A stretch of 64,000 bases of DNA, from NCBI GenBank assembly GCA_041752275.1, contig JBGSHK010000015.1, positions 64,641-128,640 on the forward strand, read 5' to 3'. The translations under genes and the position numbers were made by a program. The notes under the pieces were generated by a model. The model had not been told where the DNA came from, ran no database searches, and worked only from the letters and a program-made list of their open reading frames with translations. How positions within the stretch are numbered: the stretch's first letter is position 1; every line of letters starts with the position of its first letter. This DNA is from Minisyncoccia bacterium. GTDB lineage: Bacteria; Patescibacteriota; Minisyncoccia; Phycocordibacterales; CAIZLB01. Below are positions 49,031-57,049 of this stretch, piece by piece.

Positions 49031-49390
49031 TTATTTAACAGTTTTCTTTTTGAAGATTTGGCGTGTCATCAACCCTAATATAACAATACTGAAAAAAACA
49101 CTAATCTGAACATAGTAATTGGTCAGAGTCGCATAACTAGATAAATAAAACACTGCGACAAAAATACAATAATGCCACCATTTTGGCTTAATACTGTTTG
49201 GATTATTCTTACCTTTAGAGTAAAGCAACGCCATTCCCAACATAAGTATGACCATTACAACAATGACACCTAATCCTAATATCTTTTGCGTAGTGACATC
49301 CAACGAGTTACCTTCTAACATTGTTGCCAACGTCGCAATCCATCTGTAGTTTAGAACTATTAATAATATTAGGTAATTTCCCAATGGCAT
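49031..49390 (-). CDS. hypothetical membrane protein (3-4 TM)
   Basis: Hydrophobic profile only. Confidence 0.3.
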   Translation of the reverse strand: MPLGNYLILLIVLNYRWIATLATMLEGNSLDVTTQKILGLGVIVVMVILMLGMALLYSKGKNNPNSIKPKWWHYCIFVAVFYLSSYATLTNYYVQISVFFSIVILGLMTRQIFKKKTVK

Positions 49391-49506
49391 ATCTGTATAA
49401 TATCACCATATTTAATGATTTGCATCAAAATGCACTTTGGTTTACTTTTACTTTGGTATGTATTAAGTTATAATACCATTATTACTTTTAATCATAAAAA
49501 AATATT

Positions 49507-49965
49507 ATGGACACAATCCAAACGCCTAATCAGGCAACACCAATCATTAAAAAAAAATCTATATGGTCAACATTGATATGGATTGGTTACTTTATATCCA
49601 TGCTAGCGACACTTTCTAATTTTTTCCTTTTTCTAACATTAAGAATAACGGATGGTAAGGACATTATAACCTCATCAGATGGTACAAGTATTAGCTTGAA
49701 TGCGTCATTAATAGCCACTGCCATTACTTTAATAATTTATTCAATTTTAACTGTATATTGTATAAAAAGAAAAAAGTCTACCTTAAAACTGTTGCCTGTG
49801 CTTGAGGTTATTTTATATTTTGTAGGTATTGCAAGTGCCATAATAATTTTTCAACTAAATGACTTATCAATGGCATATCTTCTTGGACCGATAATAAGTG
49901 GTTTAATAAGACCAGCAATAGCGATATTTGTTATGTATAAAAACAAAGCTGATTACATTTCGTAA
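49507..49965 (+). CDS. hypothetical membrane protein (4 TM)
   Basis: Hydrophobic profile only. Confidence 0.3.
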   Translation: MDTIQTPNQATPIIKKKSIWSTLIWIGYFISMLATLSNFFLFLTLRITDGKDIITSSDGTSISLNASLIATAITLIIYSILTVYCIKRKKSTLKLLPVLEVILYFVGIASAIIIFQLNDLSMAYLLGPIISGLIRPAIAIFVMYKNKADYIS

Positions 49966-50159
49966 AACTGGCATTATTTTTAAAGCCTATAACAGTATTA
50001 GAACTGTATACGTACCTAAACAGTCGCATATAGTTTTTTTATTCCCAGAAATCCCAATTCTTGCTTAACGGCCGTCCAATTCACAGTTCTGAACGCATCT
50101 ACCCACTCCCGCTATGAGAAAATGAATACATACTTGTTATGTATTCATTTTTGATTATA

Positions 50160-50203
50160 GGAGGAGAGGAGGCCGACAGTTTTGCTTCCGTGTGAGATTC
50201 GAA
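50160..50203 (+). pseudogene. degenerate tRNA-Ser fragment (acceptor/D-region fused to the T-arm 5' half) at the right end of the island
   Basis: ggaggagaggaggccgacag...ccgtgtgagattcgaa versus tRNA-Ser GGAGGAGTGGCAGAGAGGTCGA...CCCGTGAGTTCGAA; the anticodon arm is missing. Confidence 0.45.
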
Positions 50204-50277
50204 AAGCTTTTCTATGTTTTGAGCGCTGTGGTGCGAAAAACGAGAAAAGGTATACTGAAGCTGTAAGCTTCGAATCT
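50195..50277 (+). repeat. structured repeat element, copy B (closing helix agattcgaa/ttcgaatct mimicking the tRNA-Ser T-loop)
   Basis: Same conserved core as copy A (cgaaaagcttttc...ttttgag...cgaaaaa...gagaaaaggtatactga-gaagc-tgtaa-gcttc); inserted in the T-loop position of the degenerate tRNA-Ser fragment. Confidence 0.6.
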
Positions 50278-50296
50278 ATCGTGCTATAATAACCCC

Positions 50297-50713
50297 ATGA
50301 ACTGGACCATATACGCCCTACTCTCTGCTGTATTTGCTGCACTTGTAGCAATATTTGGAAAGCTAGGTTTAAAAAATATTGATTCAACTTTAGCTACAAC
50401 TATACGTTCGATAGTTATGGCAATCTTTCTAATAATCACAGCATTCTCTTTAGGTAAGTTTAATTTTTTAAATACTATAGACAATAAAGCTTTGATATTT
50501 ATCATACTCTCAGGTGTGTCAGGTGCAATATCTTGGTTGTTTTATTTTTTAGCTATCAAACTCGGTCCTGTTAGTGCGGTAGCAGCCATAGATAGAACAA
50601 GTATAGTTTTTGTTTTTGTACTATCTGTGTTGTTTTTGAGTGAATCATTAACAGTATTAAAAAGTATAGGCGCACTTGCCATAGTAATCGGTGCTATATT
50701 AATGGCATTATAA
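50297..50713 (+). CDS. small EamA-like (DMT superfamily) membrane transporter
   Basis: 138 aa with 4 TMs and an EamA-like pattern (ALLSAVFAALVAIFGKLGL ... ISWLFYFLAIKLGP). Confidence 0.5.
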   Translation: MNWTIYALLSAVFAALVAIFGKLGLKNIDSTLATTIRSIVMAIFLIITAFSLGKFNFLNTIDNKALIFIILSGVSGAISWLFYFLAIKLGPVSAVAAIDRTSIVFVFVLSVLFLSESLTVLKSIGALAIVIGAILMAL

Positions 50714-50768
50714 TCTTTGTCTATAAAAAATAACCGTAAAAATCCTCAATCGTGATATACTCATAATC

Positions 50769-52097
50769 ATGAATGAAACTCAAAAAGTAAGAAAACAAAT
50801 AATATCTATAGCATTGCCTGTGTCTATAGGTTTTTTATTTAACACATTATTCAACGTTGTTGATACATATTGGGCAGGAAAAATATCATCTGAAGCCTTA
50901 GCTTCTTTATCTATAACATTTCCTGTTTTTTTTATAATCCTTGCCTTTGGTAATGGTTTGTCTATTGCAACCACAGCACTCATGAGTAACGCCTATGGAG
51001 AAAAAGACGATAAAAAAGCTTTATCATATTATTTTCATTCTATATTCATAGGAGCCATAATAGGTTTTTTTATTAGTTTTTTTGCAGAAAATATAGCTAA
51101 AACTATTTTTAGTTTATCAAAAATACCAGCCGAATTACAATCTATAGCTTTGCTATATATTATGCCAATACTTTCCTTTTCAATATTTTTTATATATCCT
51201 TTTTTACTTAATAGTATTTTAAATGCACAAGGTAACACAAAACCTCTTAGAAATTCTCTTGTGTTTGGTTTTTTTATAAACTGTATTTTAAATCCATGGT
51301 TTATGTATGGGGGATTTGGTTTACCGTCTATGGGTATTGTAGGTATAGCTTATGCAACTATAGTTGTGCAAATACTATCAAGTATTTATATATTTTATGA
51401 AATAAATAAAAGAAATTTATTTAATAATTTTTTTAAAATAAAATCATATTTTTCTATACAAAAATTAAGTGAAATTATAATACAATCCATACCTTCTGTT
51501 TTAAATTTTTCTTTAATAATAGTTGGCTCAATTGTATTATTTTATTTTATATCTTCTTTTGATTCATCAGTTTTTAGTGGATATTCTATAGCCTTACGTT
51601 TAGAACAAATAGCTCTTTTACCGGCTATAGGGTTAAACATTGCGGTGCTTTCTCTTATAGGTAAATACAATGGTGCAAAAGATCATAAATCAATGAGGCT
51701 GGTTATAAACGAATCTTTAAAAATAGGTTTATATATAATGTCTTTTGGTACTGTGTGTATATTAATTTTTGGAGGTTATATTAGTGGTTTATTTTCAACA
51801 GATCAAAAAGTCATAGATGAGGCTGTAAAATATTTAACACCTGCAGCTATAGGTCTTTTTGCATATGCTGTTATTTTTATAACAAATTCTTTTTTTCAAG
51901 GTATAAAAAAACCAAACATAACACTTATTGTAAGTGTTGTAAGACAAATAGTTTTACCATTTATAATATTCTATATTTTAGAAAAATATACAGAATTAAA
52001 TGTATATATGATATGGTATACGATTTTATTTATTACAGTTTTTTCAGCGATAATTTCTTATATTTATATGATGAGATTTATAAAAATGAGAGAATAA
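50769..52097 (+). CDS. MATE-family efflux transporter
   Basis: 442 aa with 12 predicted TMs and an N-terminal MATE pattern (ALPVSIGFLFNTLFNVVDTYWAGKIS). Confidence 0.75.
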   Translation: MNETQKVRKQIISIALPVSIGFLFNTLFNVVDTYWAGKISSEALASLSITFPVFFIILAFGNGLSIATTALMSNAYGEKDDKKALSYYFHSIFIGAIIGFFISFFAENIAKTIFSLSKIPAELQSIALLYIMPILSFSIFFIYPFLLNSILNAQGNTKPLRNSLVFGFFINCILNPWFMYGGFGLPSMGIVGIAYATIVVQILSSIYIFYEINKRNLFNNFFKIKSYFSIQKLSEIIIQSIPSVLNFSLIIVGSIVLFYFISSFDSSVFSGYSIALRLEQIALLPAIGLNIAVLSLIGKYNGAKDHKSMRLVINESLKIGLYIMSFGTVCILIFGGYISGLFSTDQKVIDEAVKYLTPAAIGLFAYAVIFITNSFFQGIKKPNITLIVSVVRQIVLPFIIFYILEKYTELNVYMIWYTILFITVFSAIISYIYMMRFIKMRE

Positions 52098-52133
52098 AAG
52101 TTTTAATTTATTTATAATAATACTAGAACTTTA

Positions 52134-53378
52134 TTATCCTCTACCTGCCAAATAACCTGTCGTCCAGCATATCTGTAAACTATAACCACCGGACGGTCTA
52201 TCTATATTCAAAAGATCTCCAACAATATAAAGATTCTTCACTATCTTTGATTGCATATTTTTAAAATCAATTTCTTTCAAATCAACACCTCCGTCAGAGA
52301 CTATTGCATCATTTTCATCAAGTAAGCCATTTATATTTATTTTCAAACCTTTTATATTTTCTATAAGACTTATTCTCATATCTTTGGTGACTTGAGTACC
52401 TGTTATATTTCCATCTATCTTAAGATTATCCAAAACTATATTAACAAGATTTTTATTCAAAATATCAGATAGAATATTTACAACTTTCTTTTTTGCATTG
52501 TTTTGAAATAGATCAGTAAGGTATTTATTCAAGGCTCCATGATCATATTTATTTAATAAATCAATACTTATATAGACTTTTTGTTTTTGAACAAGATAAT
52601 CACTTATCTCTTTACTCATATTTAAAATAGTTGGACCAGATACACCAAAATGAGTGAAAAGTATTTTACCTTTTTTTGAACTCATTTTTTTATCATCAGC
52701 AAAAAGATTTATCTTAACACTTTGTAAAGCAAGGCCTTGTACTTGTTTTATCCACTTATCATGTGAACGAAGCGGTACAAGAGAAGGTTTAGGTGTGTGT
52801 ACAGTATGACCCATATTCTTAAGCCATACATATGCATCACCTGTAGACCCTGTTTCAGGGTGTGAGGTTCCACCTGTTGCCAATATATATTTTTTGGCGA
52901 CGTATACGACTTTTTCAGTTTGCACTCCTGTTATTTTTCCATTAGAAAATACAATATTTTTAACTGGGGCATTGCTCAGTATTTCTAGGTTTTTATTTTT
53001 TTTTATATCATTGAGTAAAACATTATATACACTGCGAGCAGAGTCAGATACAGGAAATACGCGACCATACTCTTCAACCTTTGTCGGCATATCTCGAGTA
53101 TTAAAATATTTTAAAGAATCTTCAACTCCATATTGTGTAAATGCGGAGTATAGAAACTGTTCAGCTTTTTTATAGTTTTTTAAAAGCACTCTCAAGTCAA
53201 ATTCTGCATTTGTGACATTGCACCTTCCTCCACCTGTAATCAAAAGTTTTTTACCAAGGTTGTTATTTTTCTCTATAAGTAAAACTCTTTTACTACGATC
53301 TATAGAGGCAGCGGCCATCATACCTGAGGCACCTCCACCAATTATTATTATGTCGTATGTTTTCTCTATATTATTCAT
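52134..53378 (-). CDS. HI0933-like (BaiN/aminoacetone-oxidase family) FAD-dependent oxidoreductase
   Basis: N-terminal Rossmann GxGxxG (YDIIIIGGGASGMMAA) and the HI0933-family hallmark GGGRCNVTN. Confidence 0.75.
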   Translation of the reverse strand: MNNIEKTYDIIIIGGGASGMMAAASIDRSKRVLLIEKNNNLGKKLLITGGGRCNVTNAEFDLRVLLKNYKKAEQFLYSAFTQYGVEDSLKYFNTRDMPTKVEEYGRVFPVSDSARSVYNVLLNDIKKNKNLEILSNAPVKNIVFSNGKITGVQTEKVVYVAKKYILATGGTSHPETGSTGDAYVWLKNMGHTVHTPKPSLVPLRSHDKWIKQVQGLALQSVKINLFADDKKMSSKKGKILFTHFGVSGPTILNMSKEISDYLVQKQKVYISIDLLNKYDHGALNKYLTDLFQNNAKKKVVNILSDILNKNLVNIVLDNLKIDGNITGTQVTKDMRISLIENIKGLKININGLLDENDAIVSDGGVDLKEIDFKNMQSKIVKNLYIVGDLLNIDRPSGGYSLQICWTTGYLAGRG

Positions 53379-54927
53379 GATGTGTATTCTTCATCCAGAA
53401 GAATCCAAATATACCTATTATTAAGATAAAAATCAATAACCCTATATTTAATAAGACTTTATTTTTTTCACCAAAAGGTATTATTTGTTTTTGAGGAATA
53501 TATTCAGGATTTTTTAAAAGATTATTATATTGAATTATCTTTGGTGTCACAGCTTCAAAATAGTTTATTGTATTTCTTATATCGTATATAGGAGCAGATT
53601 CTGTATTATTTCCTACTACTATTTTCAAATCATCAGCAACTCCATCATCATACTTAAAAAGTAACCCAGTATTTTGTATTTTTACTTTGGCTGTTTTAGT
53701 TATATCTAAGGGTTTATTATTATTATTTTGTAAAATAACTTTAAACTTTTTATATGTAGATGGAGATATTTTTATTTTAAGACTTTCACCTTTATACACC
53801 GGAGAATCTATTCTATAAATATTTCCACTTGAAAGAGTTACCCAGTTGGAATCATCCTGTGCTCCTTGTATAACAATATTTCTATTAAAATTTTTTTCAT
53901 CACTATCGACATTTAAAGCCAATTCTTCTACATCTATATCTCCTTTATACACTAATTCTGTTCTGCCATCTAATTCAATTCTATCTAAAAGATTTACATC
54001 TTTATATATTGATAAGTTATCAAAAGCAAAGTTGCCAGATAAATAATCTTTTACTTTATAGCCAATATTTTTATTTTCACTTTGTAAGTATTTTATCTCA
54101 GCAGCTATTACACTAAGTTGATTATTAACTTTTATATTTTTGTCAAAATCAGTATCATTTATAAGTTCTATTTTTATATAACGAGACGAGACACCAGTAA
54201 GGTTTATATTCATATTTTCAATCATAAAACTGGTTTCATCAGTGTAGTTGTATAAAACGTTTTTTTGCTCAAACTCTCTCCAAGACGTGCTGTTTGATGT
54301 TAAAAAACTATCTGATATATATACTTTTACTTTTTTTCTAAAATTTTTGGAATTTGAATCTTTTGATAAAAAAAGGTTGTTATATAAAAGCCCTTCTTTA
54401 TTTGTGTCTATAACTAGTATTCTTTTTCCATCTCGAGTTATACTATTTTCCAAAATCTTAACTGCTGAACTTGTGTCATTTATTTGTTGATTTTGTTGAT
54501 TTGATTTAATAAGTATATAAGGAATTTCATTTTTATCTTTATCCATCAAACGTATATCAGATAAATCATATTTTTTAGACATGGTTATAACATCATTATT
54601 TATAGGTAAAACATATAAATTTTGATAATCTTGACCGTTTCCACCAACATCAATCTGAGACATAGTTATATCCCCTATAGTAGTCCAGTTTTTTAGCTCG
54701 ATATTTTTTGCATCTATTGTATAGGAAAATGAAGTTAATGCTAAAAATAATATTATAGTTTTTGTTATGTCTATTTTTTTATTTTTAGAAATATCTAAAT
54801 GAGATTGATTTATCGGTGTTGCTAAGGGAATATTATTTGATAATTTATTTTCTAAATTGCTAATGCGTGAGTTTAAGTTTGCTAAATATAAAACAATACC
54901 TATTACTACAATTATTATTGTAAACAT
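53371..54927 (-). CDS. hypothetical protein, N- and C-terminal hydrophobic anchors with a large Asn/Ile-rich extracytoplasmic region
   Basis: 518 aa; a TM/signal at the N-terminus and a C-terminal TM (LLIFILIIGIFGFFW); no recognisable motif. Confidence 0.3.
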   Translation of the reverse strand: MFTIIIVVIGIVLYLANLNSRISNLENKLSNNIPLATPINQSHLDISKNKKIDITKTIILFLALTSFSYTIDAKNIELKNWTTIGDITMSQIDVGGNGQDYQNLYVLPINNDVITMSKKYDLSDIRLMDKDKNEIPYILIKSNQQNQQINDTSSAVKILENSITRDGKRILVIDTNKEGLLYNNLFLSKDSNSKNFRKKVKVYISDSFLTSNSTSWREFEQKNVLYNYTDETSFMIENMNINLTGVSSRYIKIELINDTDFDKNIKVNNQLSVIAAEIKYLQSENKNIGYKVKDYLSGNFAFDNLSIYKDVNLLDRIELDGRTELVYKGDIDVEELALNVDSDEKNFNRNIVIQGAQDDSNWVTLSSGNIYRIDSPVYKGESLKIKISPSTYKKFKVILQNNNNKPLDITKTAKVKIQNTGLLFKYDDGVADDLKIVVGNNTESAPIYDIRNTINYFEAVTPKIIQYNNLLKNPEYIPQKQIIPFGEKNKVLLNIGLLIFILIIGIFGFFWMKNTHHE

Positions 54928-54941
54928 AGTATAATAGTATC

Positions 54942-55424
54942 ATGAGTAAACTACCAATGGTATGGGAAGAATACAGTCACTTATATGTTCCAAAAGATAA
55001 AGATTGGAAATGGTCAGTGGCTATTATTTCTATAACAATAGCTCTTATATCTTTTATGTTTTCTAATATAACTTTTGGTTTTTTGATAATTATATCAACA
55101 ATAGTTTTGATGCTGAACTCATTTCATGAACCTGGACTTGTTCGATTTGAAATAAATACTAAAGGAATAAGAGTAAATCAGGAATTTTGGTCATTTACAG
55201 ATATAAAATCTTTTTGGATAGAAGATAACAGAGAACACCATATACATTCCAGAATACTTTTTTCACATGATGGTCTTTTTAATTCTTTATTAATACTTTA
55301 TCTACCAATAGAGATCACAAATAATCAAATGCATGATATTCATCAAGAATTGGTGAAAATATTGCCGGAGCAAAGACTTCGTGAATCTTTTTTTCAAACA
55401 ACTCTAGAGTATCTTGGTTTTTAA
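54942..55424 (+). CDS. hypothetical membrane protein
   Basis: 160 aa with two central TMs; no recognisable motif. Confidence 0.3.
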   Translation: MSKLPMVWEEYSHLYVPKDKDWKWSVAIISITIALISFMFSNITFGFLIIISTIVLMLNSFHEPGLVRFEINTKGIRVNQEFWSFTDIKSFWIEDNREHHIHSRILFSHDGLFNSLLILYLPIEITNNQMHDIHQELVKILPEQRLRESFFQTTLEYLGF

Positions 55425-55450
55425 GGTGTTTTGAGGTATATTGTGTAAAT

Positions 55451-55522
55451 GCTCCCGTCGTTTAATGGATAGGACATGACTTTGCGGAAGTCAAGATCTA
55501 GGTTCGATTCCTAGCAGGAGCA
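55451..55522 (+). tRNA. tRNA-Arg (anticodon GCG, unusual G34), with 3-bp D-stem
   Basis: Acceptor GCTCCCG/CAGGAGC (one mismatch), anticodon stem TGACT/AGTCA with loop TTGCGGA, T-arm CTAGG-TTCGATT-CCTAG, discriminator A. Confidence 0.55.
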
Positions 55523-55566
55523 CAAATTATTACTACATGTGTAAGTTAAAAAATCCGGAGGATTTT

Positions 55567-55667
55567 TAGGAATCGAAAGGGTTATCCTATATTTTCGAGC
55601 AGCTTTGCTGTAAGAAAATAGGAAACCCGTACTGAACTCGTAGAGTTCGATTCCTAGCAGGAACACA
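55567..55667 (+). repeat. structured repeat element, copy C, fused to a partial tRNA-Arg 3'-end copy
   Basis: Closing helix taggaatcgaa/ttcgattccta, then cctagcaggaacaca (T-stem 3' + acceptor 3' + ACA of tRNA-Arg, 1 mismatch); conserved core with covarying stems (gggtta-cct/aggaaaccc, gaactc-gta-gagttc). Confidence 0.6.
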
Positions 55668-55671
55668 AGAG

Positions 55672-55697
55672 AAAAATCACCCTTTGTGGTGATTTTT
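55672..55697 (+). terminator. rho-independent terminator (aaaaatcacc-ctttg-tggtgattttt)
   Basis: Perfect hairpin with a T-run, sitting between repeat copies C and D. Confidence 0.55.
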
Positions 55698-55737
55698 CGA
55701 TTTGTGGTTCTGAGCAAGCAAACTGCTTTGCTTGCGT

Positions 55738-55840
55738 CTAGGAATCGAAAAGTTTTGTGATGTTTTTGAGAATTTGCAAAATTCGAAAAAACCACAAAGG
55801 TGTACTGGTCCTGTAAGGACCGATTCCTAGCAGGAGCACA
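55738..55840 (+). repeat. structured repeat element, copy D, fused to a partial tRNA-Arg 3'-end copy
   Basis: Closing helix ctaggaatcg/cgattcctag, then caggagcaca identical to the tRNA-Arg 3' end; core cgaaaagttttgtg...tttttgag...cgaaaaaa-cacaaaggtgtactgg-tcc-tgtaa-gga. Confidence 0.6.
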
Positions 55841-55845
55841 GTAAG

Positions 55846-55869
55846 AAAAACACCCGAAAGGGTGATTTT
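55846..55869 (+). terminator. rho-independent terminator (aaaaacaccc-gaaa-gggtgatttt)
   Basis: Perfect hairpin with a T-run directly after copy D, upstream of pyrD. Confidence 0.55.
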
Positions 55870-55904
55870 CTGTGCGAGTGGAGTGAGCCGAGTATCTCAA
55901 AATA

Positions 55905-57044
55905 TTGTATAATCAAAATATGTACGAAATATTCACCAGAACCCGAAATAAAACAATCTCGATAATATATAAATATCTATTAAAACCCATCTTCTTTCGC
56001 TTCGACCCTGAAGATGTGCACGATCACATGATTAAAACAGGTGAATTTTTCGGTAGATTTTCATTAACAAGAAAACTATTATCTCTTACTTTCAACTATA
56101 AAAATCCTATACTAAGTCAAAACATATTAGGCTTAAACTTCGTAAACCCCATCGGCCTCTCAGCTGGTTTTGATAAAAACGCAGAGCTAACACAACTTTT
56201 ACCATCTATTGGTTTTGGCTTCATTGAAGTTGGATCTATCACAGGTGAACCATGTCCCGGTAACCCAAAGCCAAGATTATGGAGACTCCCCCTTTCAAAA
56301 AGTCTTATAGTGTACTATGGACTTAAAAATGATGGTGCTGAAATTATTTCCAAAAGACTTAAAAATAAAAAAACATCTATACCTCTTGGTATAAATATAG
56401 CAATGACAAATTGCCAAAAAAACATAGACATAAATAACGCAATACAAGATTATAAAAAAGCTTTCGAGTTGATGGAAGAATCAGCTAACTACATAACTAT
56501 AAACATATCTTGCCCCAACACTCTTAGTGATCAGCCTTTTACAGACAATAAAAACCTAGATAATCTTTTAACGGTATTAGATAAAGTTGAAACAACAAAA
56601 CCAATTTTTGTAAAACTATCACCTGATCTAAAACATGAAGAGATAGACAATATATTAGAAACACTTAAAAATCACAGAGTGCATGGTATCATTTGCAGTA
56701 ATCTAACCAAAAATAGAAATAACAATAAAATAATAGAAAAAAACATATCCCTCAAAGGAGGCTTGAGTGGCAAAGTTGTTCAGGATTTGTCAGATAACCT
56801 ACTGTCTTACATTTATAAAAAAGAAGGAAAAAGGTTTTTACTTATAGGTACAGGAGGAATATTTACAGCAGAAGATGTATATAAAAAGATAAAAAATGGG
56901 GCATCTCTTGTGCAACTTATAACAGGAATGATATATCAAGGACCACAACTTATAAGTACATTAAATCAGGAGTTAGCTGTATTATTACAAAACGATGGTT
57001 ATAAAAATATAAGTGAAGCAATCGGCACAAATGTGCTAAAATAA
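55905..57044 (+). CDS. pyrD: dihydroorotate dehydrogenase (quinone), class 2
   Basis: N-terminal membrane-association region and class-2 motifs (GLNFVNPIGLSAGFDKN, IEVGSITGEPCPGNPKPRLWRL). Confidence 0.85.
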   Translation: MYNQNMYEIFTRTRNKTISIIYKYLLKPIFFRFDPEDVHDHMIKTGEFFGRFSLTRKLLSLTFNYKNPILSQNILGLNFVNPIGLSAGFDKNAELTQLLPSIGFGFIEVGSITGEPCPGNPKPRLWRLPLSKSLIVYYGLKNDGAEIISKRLKNKKTSIPLGINIAMTNCQKNIDINNAIQDYKKAFELMEESANYITINISCPNTLSDQPFTDNKNLDNLLTVLDKVETTKPIFVKLSPDLKHEEIDNILETLKNHRVHGIICSNLTKNRNNNKIIEKNISLKGGLSGKVVQDLSDNLLSYIYKKEGKRFLLIGTGGIFTAEDVYKKIKNGASLVQLITGMIYQGPQLISTLNQELAVLLQNDGYKNISEAIGTNVLK

Positions 57045-57049
57045 AAAAC

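Larger units (their letters stand above)
43614..50277. mobile_element. putative integrative element (IME/prophage remnant) at the 3' end of tRNA-Ser
   Basis: Intact tRNA-Ser abutting a large serine recombinase gene, then Xis-like, Rep_trans-like, SpoVG-like and cargo genes. A degenerate tRNA-Ser fragment plus a T-loop direct repeat (ccgtgagttcgaa / ccgtgtgagattcgaa) lies at the far end (~50160-50277); a GC-rich boundary region follows. Confidence 0.55.

Noticed and set aside
55523-55872. CRISPR array interpretation of the repeated units downstream of tRNA-Arg.
   Set aside because: There are only two units. The repeats are ~100 nt structured elements plus tRNA fragments, not short 25-40 nt direct repeats with unique spacers. 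No cas genes are nearby.
55511-55900. 129-aa minus-strand ORF spanning the tRNA-Arg repeat array (and similar ORFs 50145-50387 and 50284-50505 over repeat B, 39928-40137 over tRNA-Arg UCU).
   Set aside because: They overlap tRNA genes and structured repeats with terminators. Their GC-driven open frames have no coding features.
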